The notes under the pieces were generated by a model. That model saw only the letters and a list, made by a program, of their open reading frames with translations. It made no database searches and was not told the origin of the DNA. The position numbers were made by a program, and so were the translations under genes. This document shows, piece by piece, positions 39,001-52,644 of a stretch of DNA of 64,000 nucleotides. The stretch's first letter is position 1; every line of letters begins with the position of its first letter. Origin of the DNA: Lytechinus pictus (Eukaryota); NCBI RefSeq assembly GCF_037042905.1, contig NC_087245.1, positions 17,672,001-17,736,000 of the forward strand, given 5' to 3'.

Positions 39001-42000
39001 TGAAACAAGCCCCCAGCCCTCCTTCTCGGTTCCGTGCCCATAATAATCTGTAATAGCTCCATGGTTAAAGTGATAGGGTCTGATAACACTTCCATAATGA
39101 TTTTCCTCGTTTGTCCTTTATGTCGGATCATGCATTCCTCCTAACTCTTTTGCAGTTAGGTATCGCGATTTTGTACGATTCTTATTGACCCAATCCTGTG
39201 CAGTCTTCTTCCTTTTCTTGAACCATGGATCATGTTTTTCAGTGTTCCTTTAATGTCTCATCGAGAATAGTACTGCTATCAATGTTTCTTCTAGACCAGA
39301 CCGGTTTTGCTAATGTTTTTGCTGTCTTCCATTCATCTATGATCTTCCATGTTTCTCCTACACGAAGTTCTGTCCTAACACAATCACCATCGGTAATTGT
39401 TTTTTATGTCAATATCGTATAGATACTCCCATGGATGCATCACCACCCCAAGAAACTCCTGGTGGAGGAAGTTCGACAACTTCACCAGAACTTTCTTCCA
39501 GTGGATCAACTGAAGCTTCGTCAGAACAAGCAATGACCCCAATGACAGGCTCTTCAACTACTCCATCAGAACATACGACAGACGATGCAGCGACAACTTT
39601 GTCACACCCTACAACAATTCCTTCTACGGAGGCTTTACCTGAAACCACAACAAAAGGAACCTCAGGTGTGAATTCGTGTAAGACGCTCTATTCAATGGGG
39701 CATCAAACAAGTGGTGTCTATGCCATATCTCCTAGCGGTGTGGGTCTGACCGATGTCTACTGCGATATGACCACCGATAGCGGAGGGTGGACAATCTTCC
39801 AGGTACGTTCCGCCAGGTTCTCGGTGTGAAATGAATCTATCCGATGTTTATGTTTTATTAAGATGGTCAATATTTTTGCTTAATCGCATCTTTTTTTTCG
39901 TTTCTCTTTTCTTTTCTTTTTATAAAAGAACTTTTGCTCTATCCACCATTTCATTCTGGCCTCTTCATCATGTTAATATAGGCCAAATAAGTAGAATTTT
40001 GTAGACTTGCTCGCTTCGCCCGCTCACAATTTTTCTGAAATATTCCAACGTATCTAAACTCAACCTTCTCTTGCACGCTCACTATTCGATAATTTTGTTC
40101 ACATATCACATCCTTCACAATAATAATATGCATACAGAAACGTTATGACGGATCTGTGGATTTTTACCGCAATTATACCGAGTATGTTCGTGGATTTGGT
40201 GACGTCGAGGGCGAATACTGGTTGGGATTAGACCAACTCTACTTACTTGCTAAAGATGGAGTCGAACTCAGAATCGATATGGTTGATTACGATAACAATC
40301 CATTCTACGCTCATTATGGCAGTTTTAGCATTGGAAGTACCAACACCAAGTAAGGTTCTTACAATTTTCCTTCGCTATAATTATAGAGAGAGCGTATGGA
40401 AAACGTTACATTTTGGAAAAGCTGTCAAAATTACGCTTATTAATGAAGTATCATTGTGTAATATCTCTAAAATCTTCTCTATTAGATGACACCACGAGAT
40501 ATTTTGTACATGCTTGAGCGCAAAACGACATGTTTTATCAGGGTGACGAGAATGGCTTGCACCATAATGAAGGAATGGGCAGTCAAATCAAATGATTTGC
40601 TCGAGTTATTAAGATCTTTTCACATACTATTTATTCTTGATTAGTACAGGATAGAAGAGGCATAACCTTGTTTTTACATATATATTATATTTTTTGATGG
40701 TTTCTTGTCAATTTTAGAGTGCTGATTACGAATCTGAATGATGCCACTCGTGTAACCTTGAGCATTTCCCGCAAATTGGCAAAATCCAATATGGCCGCCA
40801 AAATATGCAAATTACCCATGAAAATCATAAAAATTGCCCGCACATTGGCAACAAAATGCATGAAATTGTGTGGCAGGAGTGAAATACTCGCTGAATAAAT
40901 AATTTTTGACAAAATATCTATTTTCTGGATCATAATGGCCGCCATAGGCCTCTGTATACTCTATTATGTACAACATGAATAGGGAAAACTAATTTTCACA
41001 AAAAATGAGCGCTAAACTGCAAGAAATCGTGATCTATGAACGAAGTTCTGTATGCAAATCGTCATTACTAACGAGATATATCATTTATTATATCAAGTAT
41101 GGGAACATTTCTGTATTTTGATATTTAAAATAGCCGCCACTGGCCAAAACAGTATTATGTACAATGGCAAAGGGGGCCAAAAGAATCACAAGAGTGAGCA
41201 CTAAAATGCATATTATTAAGATAAACGAGTGGAATACTGACTAAAAACATAATTGTTAGCGAAATTTATCATTTAATATGCCATGTATGTGATAAATGTT
41301 GTATTTTGATATTCAAAATTGCTGCCTAAGACCCTAACAGTATTATGTACAATGAGAAAGAGGACCAAAGAAATTACAAGAGGTGGCACTAAAATGCATA
41401 TGTATGTGATAAAGTTACGTAATACTGTCTAAAAAAACCATAATGAATATTCGTAGTACACGTAAATGGAGTAGATCTCCAACGAAATATAGTTTGTGTT
41501 AAATACTATATTTTGACTTTCAAAATGGCCGCCATAGACATTGACTGTATTATGTATAATGCGAACTGGGAAACTAATATTCACAGGAGTGAGCACCATA
41601 AATGTACGTTATAGTGATCCATGAGTATAATATTAGCAACAGTAAGGAAAGACTATCCCCCAGCAAAGCACAATCATATCATCTTCCTTATCTTTTCTTT
41701 TAACTACCCTTTTCCCAACAACTTCGCCGGTTAAAAATAATCAGCAGTGCGCTGCCTGCATATAACCGGCGCCGATCAAGGATAATCAGCGCCACCTAAA
41801 TCTAAATCGGGGCCGGACAAGAATAATCAGCGCCATCTGGTTATAAATCGGCGCTGCCAGAGTCTTAACCGGCGCCGATCAAGAATAGGCCTAATCAGCT
41901 CCACCTAAATCTAAATCGGCGCCAGGCAAGAATAAACGGCGCCATCTGGTTATAAATCGGCGCCGGTATAGAAAAATCGGCGAGGCCTGAGTTCGTAACC

Positions 42001-45000
42001 GGCGCCGATCAAGGATAATCAGCTCCACCTATATCTAAATCGGGGCTGGTCAAGAATAATCAGCGCCATCTGGTTATAAATCGGCGCTGCCTGAATCTTA
42101 ACCGGCGCCGATCAAGAATAATCAGCTCCACCTAAATCTAAATCGGCGCCGGGCAAGAATAAATGGCGCCATCTGGTTATAAATCGGTGCCGGTAAAGAA
42201 AAATCGGCGCTGCCTGAGTTCGTAACCGGCGCCGATCTAGGATAATCAGCGCCACCTATATCTAAATCGGGGCTGGTCAAGAATAATCAACGCCATCTGG
42301 TTATAAATCGGCGCTGCCTGAGTCTTAACCGGCGCCGATCAAGAATAATCAGCTCCACTTAAATCTATATCTGTTTTAGAAAGATTATATGTTTAAATTG
42401 ATGTATATTTCTGTTATAATGAAATAATTTAAGTGGACTTCAGGGAATGGTCGTACGCAGCAAGGGGGAAGGGGGGGGGGCACATTCGCGATCTGCTGTT
42501 GTGAAAAACATTTTTTTTCCTTAACATTTCATGAAAACTATGAAAAATGTGCAAATGTGAGATGTGCACCAAATTTTCGAGTCTTGCCCCCCCCCCCCCC
42601 CCGGAAACATTATCTGCGTGTGGTCATGCAAAATGGCATGACTGGAAATCCTAAATTTTGAAAAGAGCATTTGACAGGGTCAGACTTTACTCCTTTTTCA
42701 ACATTTTCTTTTATGTCGCCGGTGAAGTGCAAAAATATGTGCGCCGCTCGGCAGTGCGCCCCCCCCCCCCCTTTCGCCAAAAGCTGGATCCGCCTATGCA
42801 ATTATATGCAATATTTATAGTCAAGCAAAGCCAAATTCTGTCAAAATTATATGTCACATGTTCCTATGTACATAATACTTTTAGGACATATGGCAGCCAT
42901 TTTGGATTTGAAAGTATACAGCATTTATTACCTCCATGACCAATATGTGATGTATGTAGTTAGAAATCATGGTTAAGACAATATTTTTAATCGTACATAA
43001 CAGTTACATGCATTTTATGATTCTCACTCTTGTGAAAATTAGTTTGGTTAGGGCTTGTAGCGGCTATTTTGAATGTCAAAATACAGTATTTATCACCTAC
43101 ATGGCAGAAGAAATGCTATAATTCCTTCAAAATTATGTTTTCAAATAATATTTTACTCATACAACAGGATTATATGGATTTCATAGTCAAGCAAACCCAA
43201 ATTCTTACAAAATTATATGTCCCCATTTACATTCTCGATAATAATGTTAGGGCCTTTATGGGCCAATTTTGAATTTCACAATACAGCATTTATCTCATGC
43301 ATGACAAAAGAAATGATATGCCTCGCTAGAAAACATGTTTTCAGACAAAATTTTACTCGTAGATCACAATTACATGCATTTTATGTTTCTTACTCTTGTG
43401 AAAAATAGTTTCTCCATTTGCATTGTACATAATAAATATAGGGCCCATGGCGGCCATTTTGAATGTCAAATTATAGCATTTATCACATACATGGCATAAT
43501 GAATAATATCTTTTGTTAACAATTATGTTTTTAGTCAGTATTCCACTCGTTTATCTTAATAATATGCATTTTAGTGCTCACTCTTGTGATTTTTTTGGCC
43601 CCCATTGCCATTGTACATACTACTGTTTGGGCCAGTGGCGGCTATTTTAAATATCAAAATACAGCAATTTTCCCATACATGACATAATATATATATCTCG
43701 TTAGTAATGGTGATTTGCATACTGTACTTCGTTCATATATCACGATTTCTTGCGGTTTAGTGCTCATTTTTGTGAAAATGAGTTTTCCCTATTCATGTTG
43801 TACATAATAGAGTTTACAGAGGCCTATGGCGGCTATTTTGAATATCCAGAAAACAGATATTTTGTCAAAAATTATTTTTTCAGAGAGTATTTCACTCCTG
43901 CCACAAAATTTCATGCATTTATTGCCAATGTGCGGGCAATTTTGTGACTTTTATGGGTAATTCACATATTTTGGCGGCCATATTGGATTTTGCCAATTTG
44001 TGGAAAATGCTCAAGGTTACACGAGTGACATCATTCAGATTCGTAATCAGCACCCTCGAATTGACAAGCAACCATAAAAAAAATATTGTATATATGAAAA
44101 AACAAGGTTCGTCAATTTTCTATGGGGCCAATCCTGGACTAAATCATGCTTAAAACAGTGGACAATAGACATTTTTTAAAAATCTATTTTGGGTATTCAC
44201 ATACGTGATTTTGACAGCTTTTTCAAAATGAAACGTTTATCGTTCGTCAAATTTTGATTTTTGTTTATATTGCTTATATAATTCTACATTACACATTACT
44301 ACCGAACCAACAGCAACGGTTGCATCTTAGCAAACTTTCACTAAATCTATATTATCTTGTCCCATACACGAATTAACTATCTTCATTTGCGCTATGGAAG
44401 TAGAATTTGGGGGTAAATCTATCGATAAAGCCATCGAAAAACTTTTTTTTTCAAAGACTCTTTGTATCTAGGATTGTTATAAATATGCATACACTTAAAA
44501 AATTTTCTTTAGTGGGTCTTTTTATCGTCGTGTTTTTCCTGTTTATTTATTTTTTTAACTATATTTTTTTATGTAATTTTTCGTCGATACTTGAAAGTGC
44601 TATTTAAATCGAATGTTACAAGGGTCACGAAACCGAAGGGGGGCGGGTGGCGCTTCAGCTCTCCCAGTATTTAACCATTTTCACAAAGAGTGAAAATGAC
44701 CAACGATTTTATGCATGCCCCCCCCCCCCCTCGCTTTCCATATCGTTCTGCAGCCCCTCTGTAAAAAGATACAGTTACTAATTTTGACTAGAAACAGAGT
44801 TTACATTGGATTTTTGCATGAAATTACTTTTTTAGCAAATTTGGGCCTAACAATAACCATGAGCAGATGACCAATAAACAAATTACGATAATTTAAGGGG
44901 TACTCCAGGCTGAAAATGATATGATTTGAAAAAGATAAAGAAAAAATAGACAAACAAAACACTGAAGAATTGTTTGAAAATGGACAAGGAATAACAAAGT

Positions 45001-46339
45001 TATGACATTATATAGATTTGCATTATATATTTCATATTTCCATACATGTGTGTGTGATATATCTTTATCATGATAAAATAAGTTGCAGCCATGAATATCT
45101 CATATATTATATCAATTGTCTATCCTTTTGTATTTTGTTCTTAAAGAAAAAAATGAATAAACATACTTTCATGTAAAAAAATACAAAAGAACAAGTGGGG
45201 ATATGATATTATCGGTCTACTCATGAAGACATTATATAGATTTGCATTATTTCGGTGAAACAGTTCTAAACATGTCTTCATGAGTAGACCGATAATATCA
45301 TTTCCCCACTTGTTCTTTTGTATTTTTTTTACATGAAAGTATGTTTATTCATTTTTTTCTTTAAGAACAAAATATAAAAGGATAGACAATTGATATAATA
45401 TATGAGATATTCATGGCTGCAACTTATTTTATCATGATAAAGATATATCACACACACATGTATGAAAATATGAAATAAATATGATTTCATGTAACAACAT
45501 AAAAAGGTAAAGTGGGGAGGTGACATCATCAGTCCACCTACTGAATATTCATGCAGCGTTCAAATAACTGTTTCACAATATTGCTGAATTTTAATATTCA
45601 ATAACTTTGTTATTTGTAATTCGATTTTAATGAAATTTTCGTCGTTTGGCTCGGTGAATTTTACTCTAGACAAATATACTTAGATATAATCATTTTCAAC
45701 CCGGAGTAACCCTTTATTCTGATGTTGATTACATTTTCAATGTAATGCTTGTTTAAATTTATTTTAAAGTAAATGAATAAAGATATTAATGAATTAATTG
45801 AAAAAAAATAGATAAAATATAATGACGTGACAAAAAATTAATGAATTACAAAATAATATTTATGCACGGAGCATTTTTCAACTTAGGGGCCCTACGAAAA
45901 AAAGAAGTAAAAATTAAAGTGCTGATACTTAGATCCTCGGGTGCGATACGTCAGACATATTTTCATTATATTTTCTCTTCAATCGCAATCTTGAATTTAC
46001 ATGACTGTTTTAAGGTTCTATATAGTCTTAGACTAAATTCAATTTAATGTATGTATTTACTATCTTCAACAAAGCTACAGAATCGGGTTTTCATCATATA
46101 CCGGTACTGCAGGAGAAGGGCTAGATGCAGCCAACGGACAGGACTTCTCAACCTATGACAATGACCATGATGACAACTGGTCTAATTGTGCTTCTTGGTG
46201 CAAAGGGGGGTGGTGGTATAACGACTGTTATACATCCAACTTGAATGGGGTACACGGACTCCAAACTGGTGTGACAGCGATTATTTGGGATTACTCTAAC
46301 TCAAAATACATGAGAGCTACAGAAATGAAGTTAAGATGA
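36009..46339 (+). CDS. Secreted mucin-stalk FReD protein copy C, ~481 aa; exons 36009-36032, 36607-36676, 37149-37328, 38265-38417, 38838-38999, 39423-39802, 40138-40349, 46075-46339
   Basis: Same exon set as B with one fewer Ser/Thr exon; GT-AG junctions and open frame. Last exon NYRIGFSSYTGTAGEGLDAANGQDFSTYDNDHDDNWSNCASWCKGGWWYNDCYTSNLNGVHGLQTGVTAIIWDYSNSKYMRATEMKLR*. Confidence 0.85.
36069..36236. mobile_element. CMC/EnSpm-like (CACTG) MITE, copy C only
   Basis: TIR CACTGTAAAAAAT / ATTTTTTACAGTG, almost fully palindromic, TA duplication; absent from B and D intron 1. Confidence 0.85.
40644..44139. mobile_element. Same foldback element, copy C, with its centre replaced by foreign DNA
   Basis: Orthologous arms; ~41635-42798 is unrelated to the other copies. 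Confidence 0.8.
41740..42370. repeat. GC-rich minisatellite with ~20-bp AATCGGCGCC-core subunits and ~230-bp higher-order period
   Basis: GATAATCAGC(G/T)CCACCTA recurs at ~41781, 42014 and 42241. Confidence 0.9.
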
Positions 46340-49300
46340 TCGGATTGATCCATGTTGTTGTCATTCCTTTCTACCTAATTTTTGAAGTTATTATACAATA
46401 GTTATTTTAAAGCACAATGTAGTCCAAGTGATTGTGTATATTAGAGAATCACTTCAAAAACAGGAATAAGCAATTTAAACATATTTCATGTAATGATCTA
46501 TATCTATAATGGATTTCATGTCAACATGGTAACACGAACATGGGCCTCATGTTTCGGAGGGGGGGGGGTGGGCTGCTCACGTATAATGGTAGAACCGGTA
46601 CGTGGCTCTTAAGACCCCTTTTCACTCATTGACCAACCCGTTCTCCCTCGCTCCTTCATGTCCTAACTAAGCCCTTTATTTTATTCGTCAGTTCTCGATG
46701 ACCACATTTCATTGTAAATTCCACCCACCCCCCCCCAAAAAAAAAAATGCAGAACTTCAGTTCTTAAGAGTATGGCATCTGATTTTCTGGCCAAACATCC
46801 GTATCCTTTCCAATCCGAGTAGGGGGGGGTGCCTCTCACTGAAAAACCAGTCCAGAATGATAGTCCTTTCTCAAGAGCTTTCAAGACACTGGACCCTGGT
46901 TCATTTCACACCTTAAGGGCTCCACCTATTGATGTCCTTTACCAGGGAACGAAACAAAACTGTTTATTCATATTTATTTATCAAAACCTAATGAACAATC
47001 ATTATTCGGAGTTGTTAAAACTCATATTAGTGAAAAGTGCGTAATTTTCAATATTTTACATCAAATCCAGACAATAACAGACTGTCATGAAAATTGCATT
47101 TTTCTCGTGACAATTTTATTTCCACTCTACAAAATCCCAGCCATGGCGTAATTTCCTTCAGCAAGAAATTTATCCACATTGTGCTGCACTCAACCCAGGT
47201 GAGGTGAATGGGTACCCGGTAGGAAGAAATTCCTTGAATGCTTGAGCAGCCCAGCTAAAGCCAGGGTAATAATAATAGCAGGGCCCGCTGGCAGAACAGT
47301 TTTCAGAACTGAAGTGGCTTCCCTGGGTAAATATACCTATATAACTATATTATTATAAAATACGTACCTTTTAAATTTATATTTGATACAACCGATGTAG
47401 AAGAAGCTTGGCTATTATAGTGTGACTTATAAATTTATATGTCTCTCTCTCACTTACACACTCTCCCTTTCTCCCTTGCAAGATTATCCCTCTTTTCTAT
47501 TATTCATGCCATGTAAGTAGACTTAAGTTTTTGACGAAATACTGTTATGTTTTTGTTTATCTGCTTATATTCCTCAAATTGTATATTTGTTTTCATAACC
47601 TTGTATTTTTTGTTTTGAACAAAATACTGGCGAATGCCAGTGATGCTCTAATATTAAATTCAGTTCAATTCATGTTAGCAGTAAACAAACATACTCCAAG
47701 GAAGAAAAAACGAGTTAGGTCTAAAGTCTGTCCTTGGATGAACGGTAAGTTAATTAGTGAGATGAATAGACGAAATAAGTTTCATAAAATGATATTAAAG
47801 TATAATTGCTCAGAATATACTGACAATGGACAAAACATCGAAAATTATCGTTTACCCTTTCAAGCCACTTTAAATTTTAATGTGGAAGTGTGTGGACATT
47901 TATAAAATGTTGATTTAAAACTTGTCAAATTTTGAGGAATTTCACATTTTTTAACTGTCTTACTGTTATCATACCATATTTCGCCCAATTTCTGGATATA
48001 TTAATGTTTTGATATATATTTCGTCATGTGTTAATTTAATATCCACATTTTGTGATCAAATAAAATTGGAAATATTCGCAATTATCTATTTTCAACAAAA
48101 CTCGCTTTCTAGTTTTCCCATGAAACTGGCGGCATCACAGGTCGCCAACAAAGGCTACATTGCATGCACCTGTGTATTCTTTTGTACTTCTTTAGAAATC
48201 GAAAGCTACACGAATTAATTTGCATTTCGTTGACACTCCATCTTTTTTACCTTCATGGAATTATCGACCAATTTCTCTCCTTAGTTATAATTTTTATCGA
48301 AGATTCAAGAGAGAGCTGTAGTTGCGTAACTATGGGGGGCAAAGATAACTGAGGAAAAATAAGAGAATTGAGGAAGGAAGAAAGAGAGACATTGTGGCAG
48401 ACATTGTGGGAAATGAAAGAAGGGGAATGTAAGTAATATTATTTTGATAATTTGATGAAAAATAATGTGCATAGGGTCTATGTGCTCATCACTCCTGGTG
48501 CTCATATTGTCTGATTAGATACATAATCCCGTCCAAGAGGATTAAATGGAGCCATGCATTTTCAAGTCATACACCAAATATTTTTCCTCGAGCGCTCGCC
48601 AGGCCTAGTTCGCTTTGTGAATTAGGATATCCCTCGCTTTGCTCGGGAAGCAGCCGCCAGGGCCTCGACAAGAGGCTACGTCAGTGGCTGTTCAGACAGC
48701 AGCATCAAATGCAGCACCATCAACCGGAAAAATTATGCAGTAAAAATGATTTCTACAGGAGCACCTCACGGCTCAGTCCTTGGGCCGCTGCTATTTACCA
48801 TCTTTATTAACGATCTACCAATACAAGTCGAGACGTTTTCTCATGTACTGTTGTAATGTTTGGTCTAATCTATTTCTAAACAATAACGAAATACTCAATC
48901 AACTGCACAAGCGTGCAGCGTATAGGGCTATTAGCCTATATCCGGTTTCTCTTGGATGACCCCATCAAAACACGTATTTTATCAACTTACAACCAGCACA
49001 AAAAAATGTTGATTTGATTTGAATAAAAAGAGAAAATCAAACAAGCATAACACTTAAAATTTCATCAGAATCGGTTGTAAAATGAGAAAGTTATGACATT
49101 TTATAGTTTTGCTTAATTTCACAAAACAGTTATACAAATACTGGTCGGTATGCAAATGAGGAGACTGGTGATGACATCCACTCATTATTTCTTTGTATTT
49201 TAGTATATGAAATATGTAATATTCTAATTTTCTCCTCATCGTCAAGTGAAATAACGATTAATTCCTCCCTGAACCCGTGGAATTAACATTGTGTAGATGT

Positions 49301-52300
49301 GGACGTCATTGGACGAAGCGGGTATTGGACGAACTGGGTCGACGGACGAACTGACGGACAATTTGGTCGAAATGATTATGTCGGGGCACTGTGGGCAATG
49401 GTAATGGACCTGAATCAGCAAAGCCCCCCCCCCCCCCCCAAAAAAAAAAAAAAAAAAAAAAAGGAAAGAAGAAAGGAAAGATAAATGGGCTAAGGTAATC
49501 AATTTCAATGGGGTTTTATTGACCAAATGTCGTATATTCCCTGGAATCTTTCCGTCATCTGACAAAAAAAAAAGACACCTTTGTTTCAAGACTCGTGAAA
49601 TTTATAAACATTTTTAGGTGTAAGTCATGAATATTCATATATTCCCATGTCCCACTTTTTAAATACATTTTTTAGTTATTTATCTGCATCTTCACTTCGT
49701 TATTGCGTTGTTTTAAGTTATACTAATTCATAGGCTGAACCAGGGGGACCGAGGGGCCCAGGCCCTCCCAATTGGCGGAGCAACAAAAAAAGAAAAAAAA
49801 GGAAAGAAAGAAAAAAGGGAAAAGAGAGAAGAAAAAAGGAGAGGAGGAAAACGAGTGAATGAAAAAAAGATTAAAATGAGGGGAAGACTTGGAAAATAAA
49901 AAGAATCTTTCATGTCACTAGGCCTATATAAAATTTTCGCTCGCACTTCGCGGTCGCAATGTTATGTGATTTACATAACTTGTTCAACGTGGAGCTGAAA
50001 TATCAAGTTTGGAAGTCAATATACAAAACATATTTCACCTCGGAAATCAAACTTTCATTATTTTGTGTGATTTACAAATTGATTTTTATAAAGTTCTCTG
50101 TACAAATATTTTAATTTATCAGGTACTTATTATTTTCGTGTATTCCATAAAATTTTCAAAATATCCCTTTTCAGGTCTGATTGTCAAAACGTATCAGCTA
50201 GCGTTGCACGATTGCCTTTTGATTGGCGAGTTATGTATGTGTCAATATTGATTACGCAACAAACTACTTAAAATCCTTTGTTCATGACTGCATGAATTTC
50301 TACTCGCGATTTGCACTCACATTAATTCCGCGCCCTCATTATGCATTAATAAATAAGATATCAATTTAATAATTAAATTGTCCATTTTGTTTCATCTCGC
50401 GCTTAGCAAGAGGAATAGAAAGATAGTCATCATTTTTGTATGATGACATGTCCTAAGGATGTCCCGGTCCTATGTCAAAACTCAAAGTAATAATAATGAA
50501 AAATATCAGCTCTTTATTAAGTGCAATCTATATCCACCTCACAATTTTCCTACAAAGTGCTTGAAATAAAGAGCTGAATTTGACCCTTTTTAGATCGGAA
50601 TATCAAATATTTTATGCTCGCGCTTCGCGCTCGCTTTGATTTCCATGATAATGTACTTTTAGAATGCCTAGATTGTAGGATTAAATCTGAAACAGGCGCG
50701 CGTGCATCTGCTCGCGCTTTGTCCTCGCATTATTAATGTAGGAAGATCCCCTTATTACTCATCCTTTTCATGACAATACATAATAGAGTGTCCCGTTTTT
50801 AGGTCTAAATCTCGATTTTTTCCGCTCGCGCTTCGCGCTCGCATCATTTGTTTAGTTATCACGATTACAAATATTGATTAAAATTTTCCATTCTTTACGT
50901 ACTAGAAATGTCAAAAATTTTCAGCTCGCGCTCGCATTATATTGATTGTTGAAATATTTAACGTCTTCATGGCTAAGTGCTAGCAGTCCTTAACAGGTAG
51001 GGCCTACCTTTTCGATCAGTTCAAAACTCTGCTCACGCTTTGCGCTCGCATTATTAATGTAAGGAAGATCCCCAATTACTCATCCTTTTCATTATTTAAA
51101 AAAACATGAATAGAGTGTCTCGTTTTTAGGTCTAAATCTCGAAATTTTCGGCTTGCGCTTCGCCCTCGCATCAATTGTTAAGTTATATACCTGTTCTGTT
51201 TAAGTTACAAAAAGTGCATAGAATTTCCAATCTTTAGGTAAAAGTGTCAAAAAATTTCAGCTCGCGCCTGACGCTCGCATTATTTGATTGTTGAAAATTA
51301 TGTAACGTCTTCATGGCTAACTGCAAGCAGTAAGTAGGCCGTAGGCCTACCTTGTCGATCAGTTCAAAACGTGTATTAAAAATTTCTGCTCGCGCTTCTC
51401 GTTCGTATTATAGTTGCATACACATCTTTTTCAGAATAACAAACATTGCCTACAATGTCCACATTTTAGGGAAAAATACATAAAAATAAAAAAGATTGCT
51501 CGCGCTTCGTGCTCGCATTATATAAATTATGATTATGATATTATATATATGTTGATTTATAAGAGTAATGCTAAGAAGCAACTATTAGAACCACCCCTTC
51601 AAAGAAACAAACAAAAATCATGTTCGAGCGGCCGATCGGGGAAAATATGGCTGAAAAAAAATTCCGGGCCCCCCCCCCTATTGGCGAAGGCTGGATCCAC
51701 CCCTGCTAATTGTCTTGTTATTGTATTTGTATATCATAAAATCCAAGTCCACCCCAACAATCAAGAAGTGGATTTGGAGAAAATGGAGAAAAATCAAACT
51801 ACGATAATTATAACGCTGCATCATGAGACGGCTATTCTGATTGGAGGTTTACTAGGCATTTAATCAATTAAAGTTCTCATCGAGGAAAAGTTCTTCATCA
51901 CGGTCAAGTGTTAAATAATGCTTGATCGAGAGTTCAATAACTCTCTAAACTATTGTGGTGGCAGCATACTATTTTTAAAAGGTTATTTTGATAGGGTCTC
52001 GCGTTACAATAGAGACGGGCACATTACCTCAAAAGGCAAATCCTTGTTGGGCCTATTTAAAGCGACACATTTTGCAAATTGCATGCCTTTTCTCTAAACA
52101 ACCTCTAAATGTAAACTGAAACTAATCAAACTAATTACTCTGTCAGAGTTGTATAAAGGGCTTATCCCATTCATCAAAATCTACGGCAATTTTTTTTTAT
52201 TTCGCTTAAATCTGTTTGCCAGAGTGCACATAATAATGACTCTAATCCTCGGTAAACTTGAGCAAAAGTTGCCATAATTAAGCGAACCTTTAAATAAAAT

Positions 52301-52644
52301 TCACAATTATCGTTTATACCATCACGACAACTTGATACTTTATATATAATGTATACCAATTTGATGAGCATCAATAGCAAAGGCCAGATATTGCAGAATA
52401 AATATAATATTCATGAACTTCTTTGTGATAGCTAATTATGTCCTTCATACGAACGTCCTTGGCTCGATGGCGTTATTCTCCCATGCAGCGGATGGGAGGC
52501 CTCGGTATAAAATGTTGATATCATTACTGTAACAACGGCACATTCAGATGAACAAATTCTTAATTCTGAGAGAGGAACTATACCTCTTTCACATTTCACG
52601 AAACTATTTGAAGATTTCCTTCTGCTGCTCTCAAGACTCGGTGC

